A DNA stretch of 64,000 nt from Candidatus Hydrogenedentota bacterium (lineage in GTDB: Bacteria; Hydrogenedentota; Hydrogenedentia; Hydrogenedentales; SLHB01). The translations under genes were made by a program, and so were the position numbers. A model generated the notes under the pieces. It did not search any database. It had not been told where the DNA came from and saw nothing but the letters and a program-made list of their open reading frames with translations. The DNA is taken from assembly GCA_045863335.1 (NCBI GenBank), contig BTVY01000036.1, forward strand, positions 10,955 through 74,954, written 5' to 3'. How positions within the stretch are numbered: the stretch's first letter is position 1; the number at the start of each line of letters is the position of its first letter. This document shows positions 54,610-64,000 of this stretch, one piece after another.

Positions 54610-55347
54610 ATGGCCATCAATTACGACACCCTCGCCAGCACTTACGACAAACACCGGCGCGGCGGCGGCCCCTACATCAACCGCCTGCTTGAGCTGGCCA
54701 TCGAATCCAACGCACAGCGCATCCTCGAACTCGGCGCTGGCACCGGCAATAATACGGAAGCCTTCCTCCAACGGCACTCCTGGCCCCGTTTTTTCGCGCT
54801 CGAACGTTCCCTTCGCATGCTCGAGAAGGGTAGGGGAAAACCCCTACCCGCTCACTGGCTCCAAGGCGACGCGGAACATCTCCCTTTCGCGAGCGCCTCG
54901 CAGGATTTCATTTTCTCCGTCTACATGCTCCACCACATCCGGCGCCTCGATGGACTGATGACCGAGTGCCATAGAGTCCTGCATTCTGGATGTGCCGCTT
55001 TCGTCACGACCACCCACGACTTCATCCGCCAACACCCCATGAACGCCTATTTCCCCAGTTTCTCGCATGTCGATACGAGCCGCTTTCAAAACCTTCCGGA
55101 AGTCGAGGCATCCATGCGCGCCGCTGGATTCCAATACGTCCAGACTGCGATCTGCCGCGCCGCACCTGCGCCCATCGACGCACAGTATGTGGAGAAGGTC
55201 GCAGGACAGTTCATCAGCACTTATGCACTCATTCCCAAGGGCGAATTCGCGTCAGGCCTTGCCCGTCTTCAAGCCGATGTCGCGGAACGCGGTAAATTGC
55301 CCACGCCGATTGTCTGGGAATCTGCTATCATATGGGGAAGGAAGTGA
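54610..55347 (+). CDS. Class I SAM-dependent methyltransferase
   Basis: ILELGAGTG and GDAEHLPF motifs. Confidence 0.9.
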   Translation: MAINYDTLASTYDKHRRGGGPYINRLLELAIESNAQRILELGAGTGNNTEAFLQRHSWPRFFALERSLRMLEKGRGKPLPAHWLQGDAEHLPFASASQDFIFSVYMLHHIRRLDGLMTECHRVLHSGCAAFVTTTHDFIRQHPMNAYFPSFSHVDTSRFQNLPEVEASMRAAGFQYVQTAICRAAPAPIDAQYVEKVAGQFISTYALIPKGEFASGLARLQADVAERGKLPTPIVWESAIIWGRK

Positions 55348-55502
55348 GTTTCCGGGTGTACGGATTGGGAATCACCGCAGAACGGGTTTTGGATACGGGA
55401 ATCAAAGATACTCCAACGAGTACTTGTCCCTGCTGTTCCTGAAGTCTCTGATGTCCCTCGCCCACAGTCGGTGTCTGGAAGGTCAGCAAAAAAGTTACCA
55501 CC

Positions 55503-56561
55503 ATGTCCAAGAAGATTATCAAGAAGAGCAAACCCGTGCGGCGTCGTCAGTGGGACCCCGCTGACGCCGATACCCTAGCCCGCGAGTCGCGCGCCCGCCG
55601 CGAGGATCGCGGAGCCGTTCGCGTAACTCCGATGGAAGATCGCGAGTACTTCACGGACTGTACGCCGAACGCGCTCGTGATTACTCCCTACGGCGCATTG
55701 GCGTTTGTCCTGCGCATCGACACCGAATACCTTTGCCGGGTGGACGACGCGTTAATGGATGGCAAGACCTCCGTTCTCGCCCCCGGCGATGAAGTGTACG
55801 TCGAAGAAGACGGCGAAGACCTCGTAATCCGCGCGGTGCGCCCCAGGCGCAGCAAATTGAGCCGTCCCGCCGTTGGTCGCAACGGCGAGCAGGTGATCGC
55901 TGCAAATATCGATTGCGTCGTTGTTGTGGCATCCGTGGCCAAGCCCGCGTTCAATCCCGGGCTCATCGATCGCTACCTCGTCGCTGCGCAGGCCGGTGGC
56001 GCCAGGCCCCTTCTCGTAATCAACAAGATGGATCTCGGCGACCGCGAACCCGAAGGCGTTCAGCCCTATCGCGATCTTGGCCTCGACGTATTCAATACGA
56101 GCTGCGCGTTTCACATGGGCATGGACCGACTAAGCGCGGCATTGGCGGGACACGTCAGCGTACTGACTGGACACAGCGGCGTCGGCAAGTCGTCGTTGAT
56201 CAACGCCCTCGAACCGGCCATTCGCATCGACACCCAAGAGATCAGCGAGAGCACCCAGAAAGGCCGCCACACGACTACGTATTCCAAACTCTACACGCTC
56301 GATAACGGCGCGACCATCATCGACACGCCGGGCATCAAGCAACTCGGCCTCTGGGGCGTGTCCCCCGAAGAACTTGATTACTACTTCCACGAAATCGCCG
56401 AGTGCGCCGGCGATTGCCGCTTCCGCAACTGCACCCACATCCACGAACCCCACTGTGCCGTCAAGTCCGCCGTCGAATCCGGCGCTATCTCAAAAGCCCG
56501 CTACAACTCTTACGCCCGTGTCCGCCAAACCCTCGTCGAAGAAACCGCGCCGGAGTATTGA
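55503..56561 (+). CDS. rsgA: Ribosome small subunit-dependent GTPase A
   Basis: NKMD, GHSGVGKSS, GRHTT, DTPG and the CRFRNCTH..EPHC zinc finger. Confidence 0.96.
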   Translation: MSKKIIKKSKPVRRRQWDPADADTLARESRARREDRGAVRVTPMEDREYFTDCTPNALVITPYGALAFVLRIDTEYLCRVDDALMDGKTSVLAPGDEVYVEEDGEDLVIRAVRPRRSKLSRPAVGRNGEQVIAANIDCVVVVASVAKPAFNPGLIDRYLVAAQAGGARPLLVINKMDLGDREPEGVQPYRDLGLDVFNTSCAFHMGMDRLSAALAGHVSVLTGHSGVGKSSLINALEPAIRIDTQEISESTQKGRHTTTYSKLYTLDNGATIIDTPGIKQLGLWGVSPEELDYYFHEIAECAGDCRFRNCTHIHEPHCAVKSAVESGAISKARYNSYARVRQTLVEETAPEY

Positions 56562-56618
56562 CACAGACGAATGGAATGTTAACCAGCCTTGGCGGGTTGT
56601 TTCATCCATTCCGCTCGT

Positions 56619-57578
56619 CTATTCGGCGTACAGTCCTCGCCAGAGCGTTCCGACCTTGAAGGTGCGGTGGCTCTCTCTTGAGTACCCCTCGACCCAGCCT
56701 TTCGGGAAAAAGCCTTCCTTGCGCACGAGATAGAAATAGAACCGGCCATCGTTCATGTAAACTGGCGCCCACGCCGGGTTTTCCACCGATCCGAAAAGGG
56801 CGAGGTGCGCCGGGTCATTCCGAACGCGTCCATACCTGCCAACGGGGGTATACCTCCCATGAGTGAATGTCGGTGTCTTTAGGTCGGTCCAGGTAATCGT
56901 ACCGGTCGCCGGATTGAACGCGCCGATATCCCGATCGTAATTCTTTCGCGGCGGGCCGTTCGCACAAATATGGAGCAATTCTCCGCGCTGGTCCCAGCGC
57001 ATGAATTCCTCCCGGTGTCCCTGGTAGAGGTTCGGCCTCTTCCCGAGTTGCACTTCGGGCAATGGCGTAGAGGAGATTGGGTCGCCATCGCGATCGATAA
57101 AGACGAGATCCTCGCCCAGAAAGAGTGAGATGAACTCGCCGGTCGGGTGCCACGTCGGCATATGGATCGGCCGGTCCGTACCGCTGGTGAGAATCACTGT
57201 GTCTTCCCAACTATCCAAATCGATCCGATGCAGACTGTAGCTCTCGTCAGACTCTGCGATGTCTTGCGTTCGCGGGTTATATCCATGGACCGCGGGGAGG
57301 ACTAGGGTCGTCGAGTCTGGAGATACGGTTGGCTCGTAGTACCTGAACGCGTACAGCCAAGGTTGTTCAACGCTGCGCTTTGAGCGGTCGAAGACCCGAA
57401 GGAGTCTACCGGTTCCGCTGAATACGAACACTTCCGACGGGCTACACGCCGCGACCCGGATCTTGCTTCGTTCGCTCCATTCACGGCCGCACCCGGCTGC
57501 GAGCAAGACGAAAACTACCAAGCGCGCGGCAGTTCCCCCTCCCCCGCGAAGAGACATTGCATTCGGTCGCACCATCAT
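56619..57578 (-). CDS. Lipoprotein with TolB-like beta-propeller segments
   Basis: LAAGC lipobox; PTVSPD and PTWHPTG motifs. Confidence 0.65.
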   Translation of the reverse strand: MMVRPNAMSLRGGGGTAARLVVFVLLAAGCGREWSERSKIRVAACSPSEVFVFSGTGRLLRVFDRSKRSVEQPWLYAFRYYEPTVSPDSTTLVLPAVHGYNPRTQDIAESDESYSLHRIDLDSWEDTVILTSGTDRPIHMPTWHPTGEFISLFLGEDLVFIDRDGDPISSTPLPEVQLGKRPNLYQGHREEFMRWDQRGELLHICANGPPRKNYDRDIGAFNPATGTITWTDLKTPTFTHGRYTPVGRYGRVRNDPAHLALFGSVENPAWAPVYMNDGRFYFYLVRKEGFFPKGWVEGYSRESHRTFKVGTLWRGLYAE

Positions 57579-57737
57579 TGATTCCCCTTACCTAGGGTAG
57601 CAGGTTTCGTGCAAAAATGCGATGCCCTTCAGTGCTGAAGTAACGGAGAGAGGTCCTCCGCGTGTTGACAGCGTCCGGCCGCGTGCTCTGTAATACAGGG
57701 AACGCGGCCGCGCGAAGTAAAAGTGGAGATTCAGTTT

Positions 57738-59192
57738 ATGCCTGTTTCACGACGCTCGTTCTTGCAGTCCAGCGCGTGTGCCCTGGGCGCCGTGCTTGGG
57801 CAGAAGGTCTTCGGCGCCTCGTTGGAACCGAAGGCGCGTCCCAACATCGTATACATCATCGCGGACGACATGGGGTGGACCGGGCCCGCCTGCTATGGGA
57901 GCGATCTCCATGAGACTCCTAACATTGACCGCCTCGCGGCGGAAGGGGTCCGCTTCGATCAGGCCTACGCGGCAAGCCCCGTGTGTACGCCGACCCGCGC
58001 CTCGCTCATGACCGGCAAGCATCCCGCGCGCCTGAATATGACCATTTGGCATGAGGCCGCGGTGGAACGCCTTCACAGCAAAGGCGAAAAGCCTCTCGCG
58101 CCGCCCATCACGGAACCGTCGCTCGCGCTCGAATACGTCACCATCGCCGAAGTTCTCCGCGATGCGGGGTACCAGACCGCCCACGTCGGCAAGTGGCACT
58201 TGGGCGACGCCGAGCACTATCCCGAAACGCAAGGTTTCGACGCCAACATCGGCGCCACGCTCTGGGGCGCGCCCTTCACGTATTGGTATCCCTACCACGG
58301 GGAACGCGTCACCGGCAATGGGAAGCGCGAGCATCGTTACGTGCCGGGCCTTCCCTTTGGCAAGGAAGGCGAATACCTCACCGACCGGTTGACGGACGAG
58401 GCCATCGCATTGCTGGACCGCATGCACGGCCAGCCCTTTTTTCTGCACATGTCCTACCACAGTCCCCACACGCCCATCGAAGGCAAGCCGGAGTTGGTCG
58501 CGTACTACGAGAAGAAGATCAGGGAAGGCATGGACCACACGAACGCCCGCTACGCGGCCATGGTCCACTCCCTGGACCAGAACATCGGCCGTCTACTCGC
58601 GAAGCTGGACGAACTCGGTGTCGCCGACAACACTTTGGTCCTCTTCTTCTCCGACAACGGCGGATTCGACCAGGTCCGCGACGAGGAGCAGGTCACCAGC
58701 AACGAACCGTTGCGATCCGGCAAGGGTTCACTCTACGAAGGCGGAATTCGCGTTCCCGCCATCATCCGATGGCCGGGGGTGTCTCAGGCGGGCGCCGTAT
58801 GCGAAGAACCAATTATTTCGACGGACTTCTATCCGACGGTGCTCGACGCTCTTGGATTGGATGCGGACGACGCCGGTTGCGGTGAATTGGACGGGGTCAG
58901 CTTGCGCCCAATCCTGCAAGATCCGGCAGCATCGCTCGACCGCGAATCGTTGTGCTTTCACTACCCCCATTATTACTTCACGACCACCCCCGCCACCGCA
59001 ATTCGCCACGGCGATTGGAAGCTCATTGAGTACTACGAAGACGGCCGTCTTGAACTCTATAATTTGCGCGACGACCGGTCCGAGGGGAAGGATATGGCAA
59101 CCGACAGACCGGAAATCGTCAAGGACCTGCACGAACGGCTAAGCCGATGGCGCAAACAAGTCAATGCGCAACTCCCTGAGGCCAACGCTTAG
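57738..59192 (+). CDS. Tat-exported arylsulfatase-family sulfatase
   Basis: SRRSFL Tat motif, PNIVYIIADD, CTPTR (formylglycine site), GKWHLG and SDNG. Confidence 0.95.
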   Translation: MPVSRRSFLQSSACALGAVLGQKVFGASLEPKARPNIVYIIADDMGWTGPACYGSDLHETPNIDRLAAEGVRFDQAYAASPVCTPTRASLMTGKHPARLNMTIWHEAAVERLHSKGEKPLAPPITEPSLALEYVTIAEVLRDAGYQTAHVGKWHLGDAEHYPETQGFDANIGATLWGAPFTYWYPYHGERVTGNGKREHRYVPGLPFGKEGEYLTDRLTDEAIALLDRMHGQPFFLHMSYHSPHTPIEGKPELVAYYEKKIREGMDHTNARYAAMVHSLDQNIGRLLAKLDELGVADNTLVLFFSDNGGFDQVRDEEQVTSNEPLRSGKGSLYEGGIRVPAIIRWPGVSQAGAVCEEPIISTDFYPTVLDALGLDADDAGCGELDGVSLRPILQDPAASLDRESLCFHYPHYYFTTTPATAIRHGDWKLIEYYEDGRLELYNLRDDRSEGKDMATDRPEIVKDLHERLSRWRKQVNAQLPEANA

Positions 59193-59232
59193 GCGGGCTG
59201 GGATGCGCATCACAGAGAGAACGAGACATCAA

Positions 59233-60378
59233 TCAGTCAGGGTTTGCAATCACGGGTTGCGCCGTCCCGCCGCTCCAGGCTTCGTGAATCGCATTGAATT
59301 CCTTTTCGATACTCGATAGCACTTCGATCAGTTGCGGGTCGAAATGCGTGCCGGCGTCGTTGACCATGATCCCCATGCTCTTCTCGTGGGAAAACCCTTC
59401 CTTGTAGCACCGCTTGGACCGCAATGCGTCGTACACATCCGCAATCGCCATGATACGTCCCGGCAGCGGAATGGCCTCGGCCTTCAATCCCAACGGATAC
59501 CCCATGCCATTCCACTTCTCGTGGTGCGAAGACGCTATAGCGATTCCCATGGCGAGGAACGCGTTGTCCGGATACTGCGCGCTGACACGCCGGAGTGTTT
59601 CAGCGCCAAATTCCGCGTGCCGCTTCATCGTCTCGAACTCTTCATCCGTGAGTTTGCCCGGCTTCCGCAGTATGGCGTCGGAAATCGCGACTTTGCCGAT
59701 ATCGTGCAACGGCGCCGCCTGGTAGATCGTCTCGACGTAGCTTGCATCGACTTCCCCAGGATACAACTTTCGCTTCAGCAAATGGGAGGCGAGGATCTTG
59801 CAGTACTCACGCGTTCGTTCGATGTGTTGCCCCGTGTCGTCGTCCCGTGCCTCCGCCAGCTTCGACATGGCCACGATGGTTGCCAGTTGGGCCCGGGACA
59901 CGCGCTCCTTCTCCCGCAGCACTTCCCGCATCTTCTCCTCAATCAGCGTGTACAGTTGCTGGTTGTGCAATTGCAGCTGCAATTGAAGAGCCCGCAACTG
60001 CAAATGAGTCCGCACCCGCGCCTGAACTTCCGCGAATTGAAACGGCTTTGTCACATAGTCGACGCCACCGAGTTCGAATCCCTTCACGATGTCCTGCACG
60101 TCGCTCATTCCGCTGATGAAGATTATCGGAATTTCGGCCAACTGGGAATCGTGCTTCAGCCGTTCGCATACCTCGTATCCGGACATGCCCGGCATGTTGA
60201 TATCCAGAAGGATCAACTGCGGAGGTTCCTCCCGAACCGCCGCCAATGCCAGTTTCGGATCCGTGTATGCGCGCACGTGGTGGCCGTTTCGCGTCAGAAA
60301 CGTGCTTAGCAGACGGAGGTTCTCCGGCACGTCGTCGATTATCACGATCTCGGTGGCCGAATCATCGATGGGCTCCAC
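59233..60378 (-). CDS. Response regulator with HD-GYP phosphodiesterase domain
   Basis: REC (IDD, LLDINMP, KPF) plus LHDIGK, HHEKWNGMGYP and ADVYDAL. Confidence 0.95.
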   Translation of the reverse strand: MEPIDDSATEIVIIDDVPENLRLLSTFLTRNGHHVRAYTDPKLALAAVREEPPQLILLDINMPGMSGYEVCERLKHDSQLAEIPIIFISGMSDVQDIVKGFELGGVDYVTKPFQFAEVQARVRTHLQLRALQLQLQLHNQQLYTLIEEKMREVLREKERVSRAQLATIVAMSKLAEARDDDTGQHIERTREYCKILASHLLKRKLYPGEVDASYVETIYQAAPLHDIGKVAISDAILRKPGKLTDEEFETMKRHAEFGAETLRRVSAQYPDNAFLAMGIAIASSHHEKWNGMGYPLGLKAEAIPLPGRIMAIADVYDALRSKRCYKEGFSHEKSMGIMVNDAGTHFDPQLIEVLSSIEKEFNAIHEAWSGGTAQPVIANPD

Positions 60379-61210
60379 GAGTGTTCCCGCCTTTCCAGTT
60401 GGTCCAGCATGTACCGGTAATCGAACCTGTCAGCCCGGGTCCGTACCGTGAGCTAAAACGCCGCGGCGACTTTCAGGACTTCAACCATCTGTAGGAAGAA
60501 ACCGTCCCTCGAGGCAATACGAAGGTTTCCAAAAGGGACCGAAGGAGAGATGAGATACGGGGTTGGTGGCGATTCGGGCTGGGAATGAAACACTCCCCAA
60601 GCCGCCAAACCATATCGTGACGAGGAATCCACATCTCGTCAATCACACCTCCGGGTGCCGTCCCAATCCCGGAAAAATCGGTACTCCGCATTACTAACCA
60701 GGATAACGCGCGCCTCCTTGAGGACGAGGTTCCAACGTCGATCGATCCGTCGTACCCCACATGACGCGCAACCACGTATCAATACTACTAGTGATGAATC
60801 GCGAATGCAATGGTTGCGCGCTGCGTGTGCATCGACTCTCATTGTTTTAACGCGCAATAAGAATTGACGTTGTTTGCCGCCGACGTCCGACCTGCCGGTT
60901 CGAGGAATCGCAGTGCTGATGCTACCGATGGCCGCTTGTGGAGTGATAGTGCTTTGGCATACGCGGGACCAGCCGGTCTCCTAATCGACCAAAGAAAGCG
61001 ACCCGTCTCCGAGACGTACGGACTCCGGACGCGTCACCATTGCTGTGCGTGCGGATATCGGCTCTGTTGCAGCATCAATGAGGAAAGGAATTGCGATACG
61101 CCTGAAACGCGCTGATGAGCGCTTCCACCCGCTCCGGCGAGACCACATCACGAACTGCGACACCATCACGGTTAGGTGTGCTGAGTCTAAATCAACTTTG
61201 GAGTGCGCCA

Positions 61211-61257
61211 CAAAAAGCGCGAGCGGCGGGACCCCTCTCGGGATCCCGCCACTCGCG
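61211..61257 (-). terminator. Intrinsic terminator downstream of pilin
   Basis: Long GC stem CGCGAGTGGCGGGA...TCCCGCCGCTCGCG followed by a T-run on the minus strand. Confidence 0.8.
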
Positions 61258-61287
61258 TACTACTCGCGCTGGGGATTCTACAATCTC

Positions 61288-61782
61288 TTAGTTCAACGGA
61301 GCCGAGGTGGCGCCGACCGCGGTACCGTCTGCGGTGAAGCGAATCACGCCGGACTCGTCAACGAAGTACTGGCGGTAGCCCGTGCGGCCCGCGGCAGCCG
61401 GGGTCGCCGTGCAGGTGTAGGCCGGCAACGTGGCGGCCGTACCGTTGGTCACCGCAACCGTGAACACATAGCCGTGCTTCTGGCCGTTGCCAAGGACCTG
61501 GTCGATGAACGGGGGCGTCGCGCCGCCGCCATCAGGGTCGGCCAACTGGGCCAGCGTGCCATAGTCGCCCACCCCATCCGTGTCGGTGTCGACGAAGGCC
61601 GCCGTCTGGAACGCCACTTCACCCGTGGAGATGGTGCGCATGGCGCCCGCCGCGCCCGCTTCGTTCGCGCTCATCCGCGAGCGGAGCAGGTTCGGAATGG
61701 CGATAGCCGCGATGATCGCGATAATGGCGACCACGATCATCAACTCGATCAGCGTGAAACCGGATTTCTTCGATGCTTTCAT
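61288..61782 (-). CDS. Type IV pilin-like protein (N-terminal methylation motif)
   Basis: G|FTLIELMIVVAIIAIIAAIAIP prepilin motif. Confidence 0.93.
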   Translation of the reverse strand: MKASKKSGFTLIELMIVVAIIAIIAAIAIPNLLRSRMSANEAGAAGAMRTISTGEVAFQTAAFVDTDTDGVGDYGTLAQLADPDGGGATPPFIDQVLGNGQKHGYVFTVAVTNGTAATLPAYTCTATPAAAGRTGYRQYFVDESGVIRFTADGTAVGATSAPLN

Positions 61783-61879
61783 TTCAATACCCTCCAGAGT
61801 TCCTAACCCGTCGTAAGGATTTTCCCAGATCGGCCCCCCATAGGACCGACTCATTCCTTCAACTGACGGCCTCTCCAGA

Positions 61880-61896
61880 GGCAACCATCGTGCCAA
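61880..61896 (-). promoter_or_regulatory. Sigma54 promoter of pilin gene
   Basis: Minus strand reads TTGGCAC-GATGG-TTGC. Confidence 0.8.
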
Positions 61897-62112
61897 GAGT
61901 GGCGGGTTGATCGTAAGGTGTTTTGCAATAAGTGGTTGTGCTGAGATCTTAGCGTCGTGTCATTGGGGTTGGCCCCACAATTCGAGACCAGAGAGGGACT
62001 TGGGTGACATTTATTGTCACTGCAAGCGGAAGAGGAGGCGAGATGATGAAGGTAGGGATACGTCAGCGCAGACCAGAGGGGGGGCAACGCAGTCCGTAAA
62101 GGTCCGTGTTCT

Positions 62113-62589
62113 TTACTTCTCCACGGTCAGGAGGATCGCCAATCGTCCCCCGTCCATGGGCAATCCCCCCAGCAACAGATGCTTCCCCGGCACAATGGCC
62201 GTGGTCGTATCGAGGGCCTTTTGCGTAACCGTCTTGCCGTCTTTCTCGACCTTCTCCGTGATCCAGACCTTCACCCGAACCCGGCCTTCCGAATCGCCGG
62301 ACAAAGGGGTCACCGAGAGAGAATAGCGGTCGTTGACTACGAACTTGGCTTCCTCCTTTGCCGATGCCTTCTGACGATCGGACTTCACCTTGCGAAAGGA
62401 GTCAAAGGGGAGGTTATCCAGCGCGGACCGGATCGATTCCAAGCCGGGCTCGAAATACTTCTCGTTCTCCGGACGGTTCTCGTCTGTAGCGTGCACGGCA
62501 ACCATGGAAATGGTTACCGGATGTTCCAATGCCTGGTCCGCGTTTCCCACCAGCGCGACCAGGATGATCGTCAACCCCGCAAGATTCAC
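62113..62589 (-). CDS. Hypothetical exported protein in ECF operon
   Basis: Signal-like N-terminus; GTGA overlap with the upstream gene. Confidence 0.65.
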   Translation of the reverse strand: MNLAGLTIILVALVGNADQALEHPVTISMVAVHATDENRPENEKYFEPGLESIRSALDNLPFDSFRKVKSDRQKASAKEEAKFVVNDRYSLSVTPLSGDSEGRVRVKVWITEKVEKDGKTVTQKALDTTTAIVPGKHLLLGGLPMDGGRLAILLTVEK

Positions 62590-63035
62590 AGCAAATCCCG
62601 TTTCCCCGTACTCACCCACAGCACGGTCGTGCCTTCCCCATCGGTATACGAATCCACCGTGGCGCCGTTAATCTCCGTCGACACGGTTTCCACTTCATTC
62701 GTGACCGCTTCCACCACCGGCGGCGTCGCCTGATCCCCAGTAGTAAACAGCAGGAACGCAGAAAACGCAACCAGCAAGGCCGCCGTGCTCAGCGAGACTA
62801 TCGCCCAAAACCCGCGATACCCACGCGTCGGCCGCTCCACTTCCTGCCGGATGCCGTCCATAAACGCCGGAAACTGGGCGTCCGCGATTTCCGCGCGCTG
62901 ACTTGCCTGCCGCGCGCCCTCGCGCAACAACCGCAGTCCCGCCTCGTAGGCTTTGCCTTGAGCATCCAGCGACGCCGCATTGCCCTCGGCCTCGCCGTCA
63001 AACCGGCGCGCAATATCTCGTTCCCACTTATTCAT
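62586..63035 (-). CDS. Probable anti-sigma factor (single TM)
   Basis: Overlaps the ECF sigma stop; one TM helix. Confidence 0.65.
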   Translation of the reverse strand: MNKWERDIARRFDGEAEGNAASLDAQGKAYEAGLRLLREGARQASQRAEIADAQFPAFMDGIRQEVERPTRGYRGFWAIVSLSTAALLVAFSAFLLFTTGDQATPPVVEAVTNEVETVSTEINGATVDSYTDGEGTTVLWVSTGKRDLL

Positions 63036-63678
63036 TACCGTTTCCTCCGGCAAACCCCATGCGCTGGAGACTGGTTTGCAGTTTCTTCCGGGCATGATGC
63101 AAACGGCTCATCACCGTTCCGATGTTGCAGCCCATCACCTGGGCCATATCCTCGTACGACAACCCGTCAAACTCCCGCAGCACGAACGCGGTCCGATGCT
63201 TGAATGACAATCCGTCCAAAGCCTTCATGATCGCCTCGCCCAATTCCTGGGCTTCCACCGTGTGGCCGGGACCCAATATCGGACTCGTAGCGTTCTCCGC
63301 CTCCAACGCGTCATTATAGGAGACCGTCGAGAGCCGCCGCTTCTTCAAATAATCCTTGCACTGGTTCGCGGTAATCCGCATGAGCCACGTCTTGAAACTC
63401 GCGTCACCACGGAAGCGACGCAACGACCGGTGCGCCTTGATGAACACCTCCTGCGAGGTGTCCCACGCTTCCTCCCGGTTGCGCAGGAAGTGGTACGCCA
63501 GCGCGAACACATCATTCCGGTACCGCCGCACCAACTCCTCGAAGGCCTGAAAGTCGCCCGTCTGCGCACGGCTGACGAGTGCGCCGTCATCGCTGCTCGC
63601 AACCACGGCGGACTTTCCGGACTCCAGCGCGTCCTCTGTATTCTCGTAGCGTAACGAGAAATCCAATGCAACACTCAT
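63028..63678 (-). CDS. ECF RNA polymerase sigma factor (RpoE/SigW-like)
   Basis: AFEELVRRY, FRGDASFKTWL, GLSYEDMA and GTVMSRLHHAR motifs. Confidence 0.95.
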   Translation of the reverse strand: MSVALDFSLRYENTEDALESGKSAVVASSDDGALVSRAQTGDFQAFEELVRRYRNDVFALAYHFLRNREEAWDTSQEVFIKAHRSLRRFRGDASFKTWLMRITANQCKDYLKKRRLSTVSYNDALEAENATSPILGPGHTVEAQELGEAIMKALDGLSFKHRTAFVLREFDGLSYEDMAQVMGCNIGTVMSRLHHARKKLQTSLQRMGFAGGNGNE

Positions 63679-64000
63679 AGGGCCGCTCTCCTCGTATCCC
63701 CAGCACAGGCTTCCAAGCGCTACCGGTTCTCACCGCTTGGTCACCCGCGACGTTGCCGTGTAACACGGCCGGCGTCTGTGAGTTCGGCAAATTAGACGAT
63801 ATCGGCGGTTTCATATTCATTACCGGCTCATCGGTGGCAGCGCCCTGCTCATCAAGGCATTCGCTCGGGATTCGAGCACGCACTAGCCGAATGCTCCTTG
63901 AGAAAAACGTTTGCAGCAGTACAGTTCACCTTGGCTCACATTTAAGGCTCCTCACAAGAATCTGTGCAGAAGACAAGTTGAGGAGCATGTGCTAACGCGT

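Noticed and set aside
60400-61200. Small ORFs or an ncRNA in the long intergenic region
   Set aside because: No recognisable motifs, convincing RBS or stable structure that I can support.

Overview
A 64-kb, roughly 60% GC bacterial window. The gene style (Tat sulfatase, long ECF sigma fusions, sigma54-driven pilin) is compatible with a Hydrogenedentota/PVC-like organism, but that is inference. Housekeeping flanks include hflX, lipB, lipA, hom, thrC, dusB, araD, rsgA, a sulfatase, an HD-GYP regulator, a pilin and an RpoE-like operon. They surround an accessory block of about 19.5 kb (25980-45500). The block contains: (i) an orphan pupylation-like operon, made of a 66-aa Pup-like tag ending in GGE, a 904-aa PafA/Dop-fold protein with a remodelled active site, and a TPR protein, behind a perfect sigma54 promoter, with no proteasome or ARC genes in the window and a divergent enhancer-binding AAA+ protein lacking GAFTGA; (ii) a frameshifted RAYT transposase with its REP hairpins; (iii) a SLOG-SLATT, AAA-RyR and TrkA-RyR membrane/nucleotide-signalling module; (iv) a DUF4062-NTPase protein with a recently duplicated helical repeat array. 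Outside the block are a xylose-isomerase-like probable pseudoenzyme with a structured leader, a candidate sRNA, an ATT-initiated hflX, and several REP/MITE and 7-nt-phase repeat families. All calls come from reading motifs by eye; no database searches were run.
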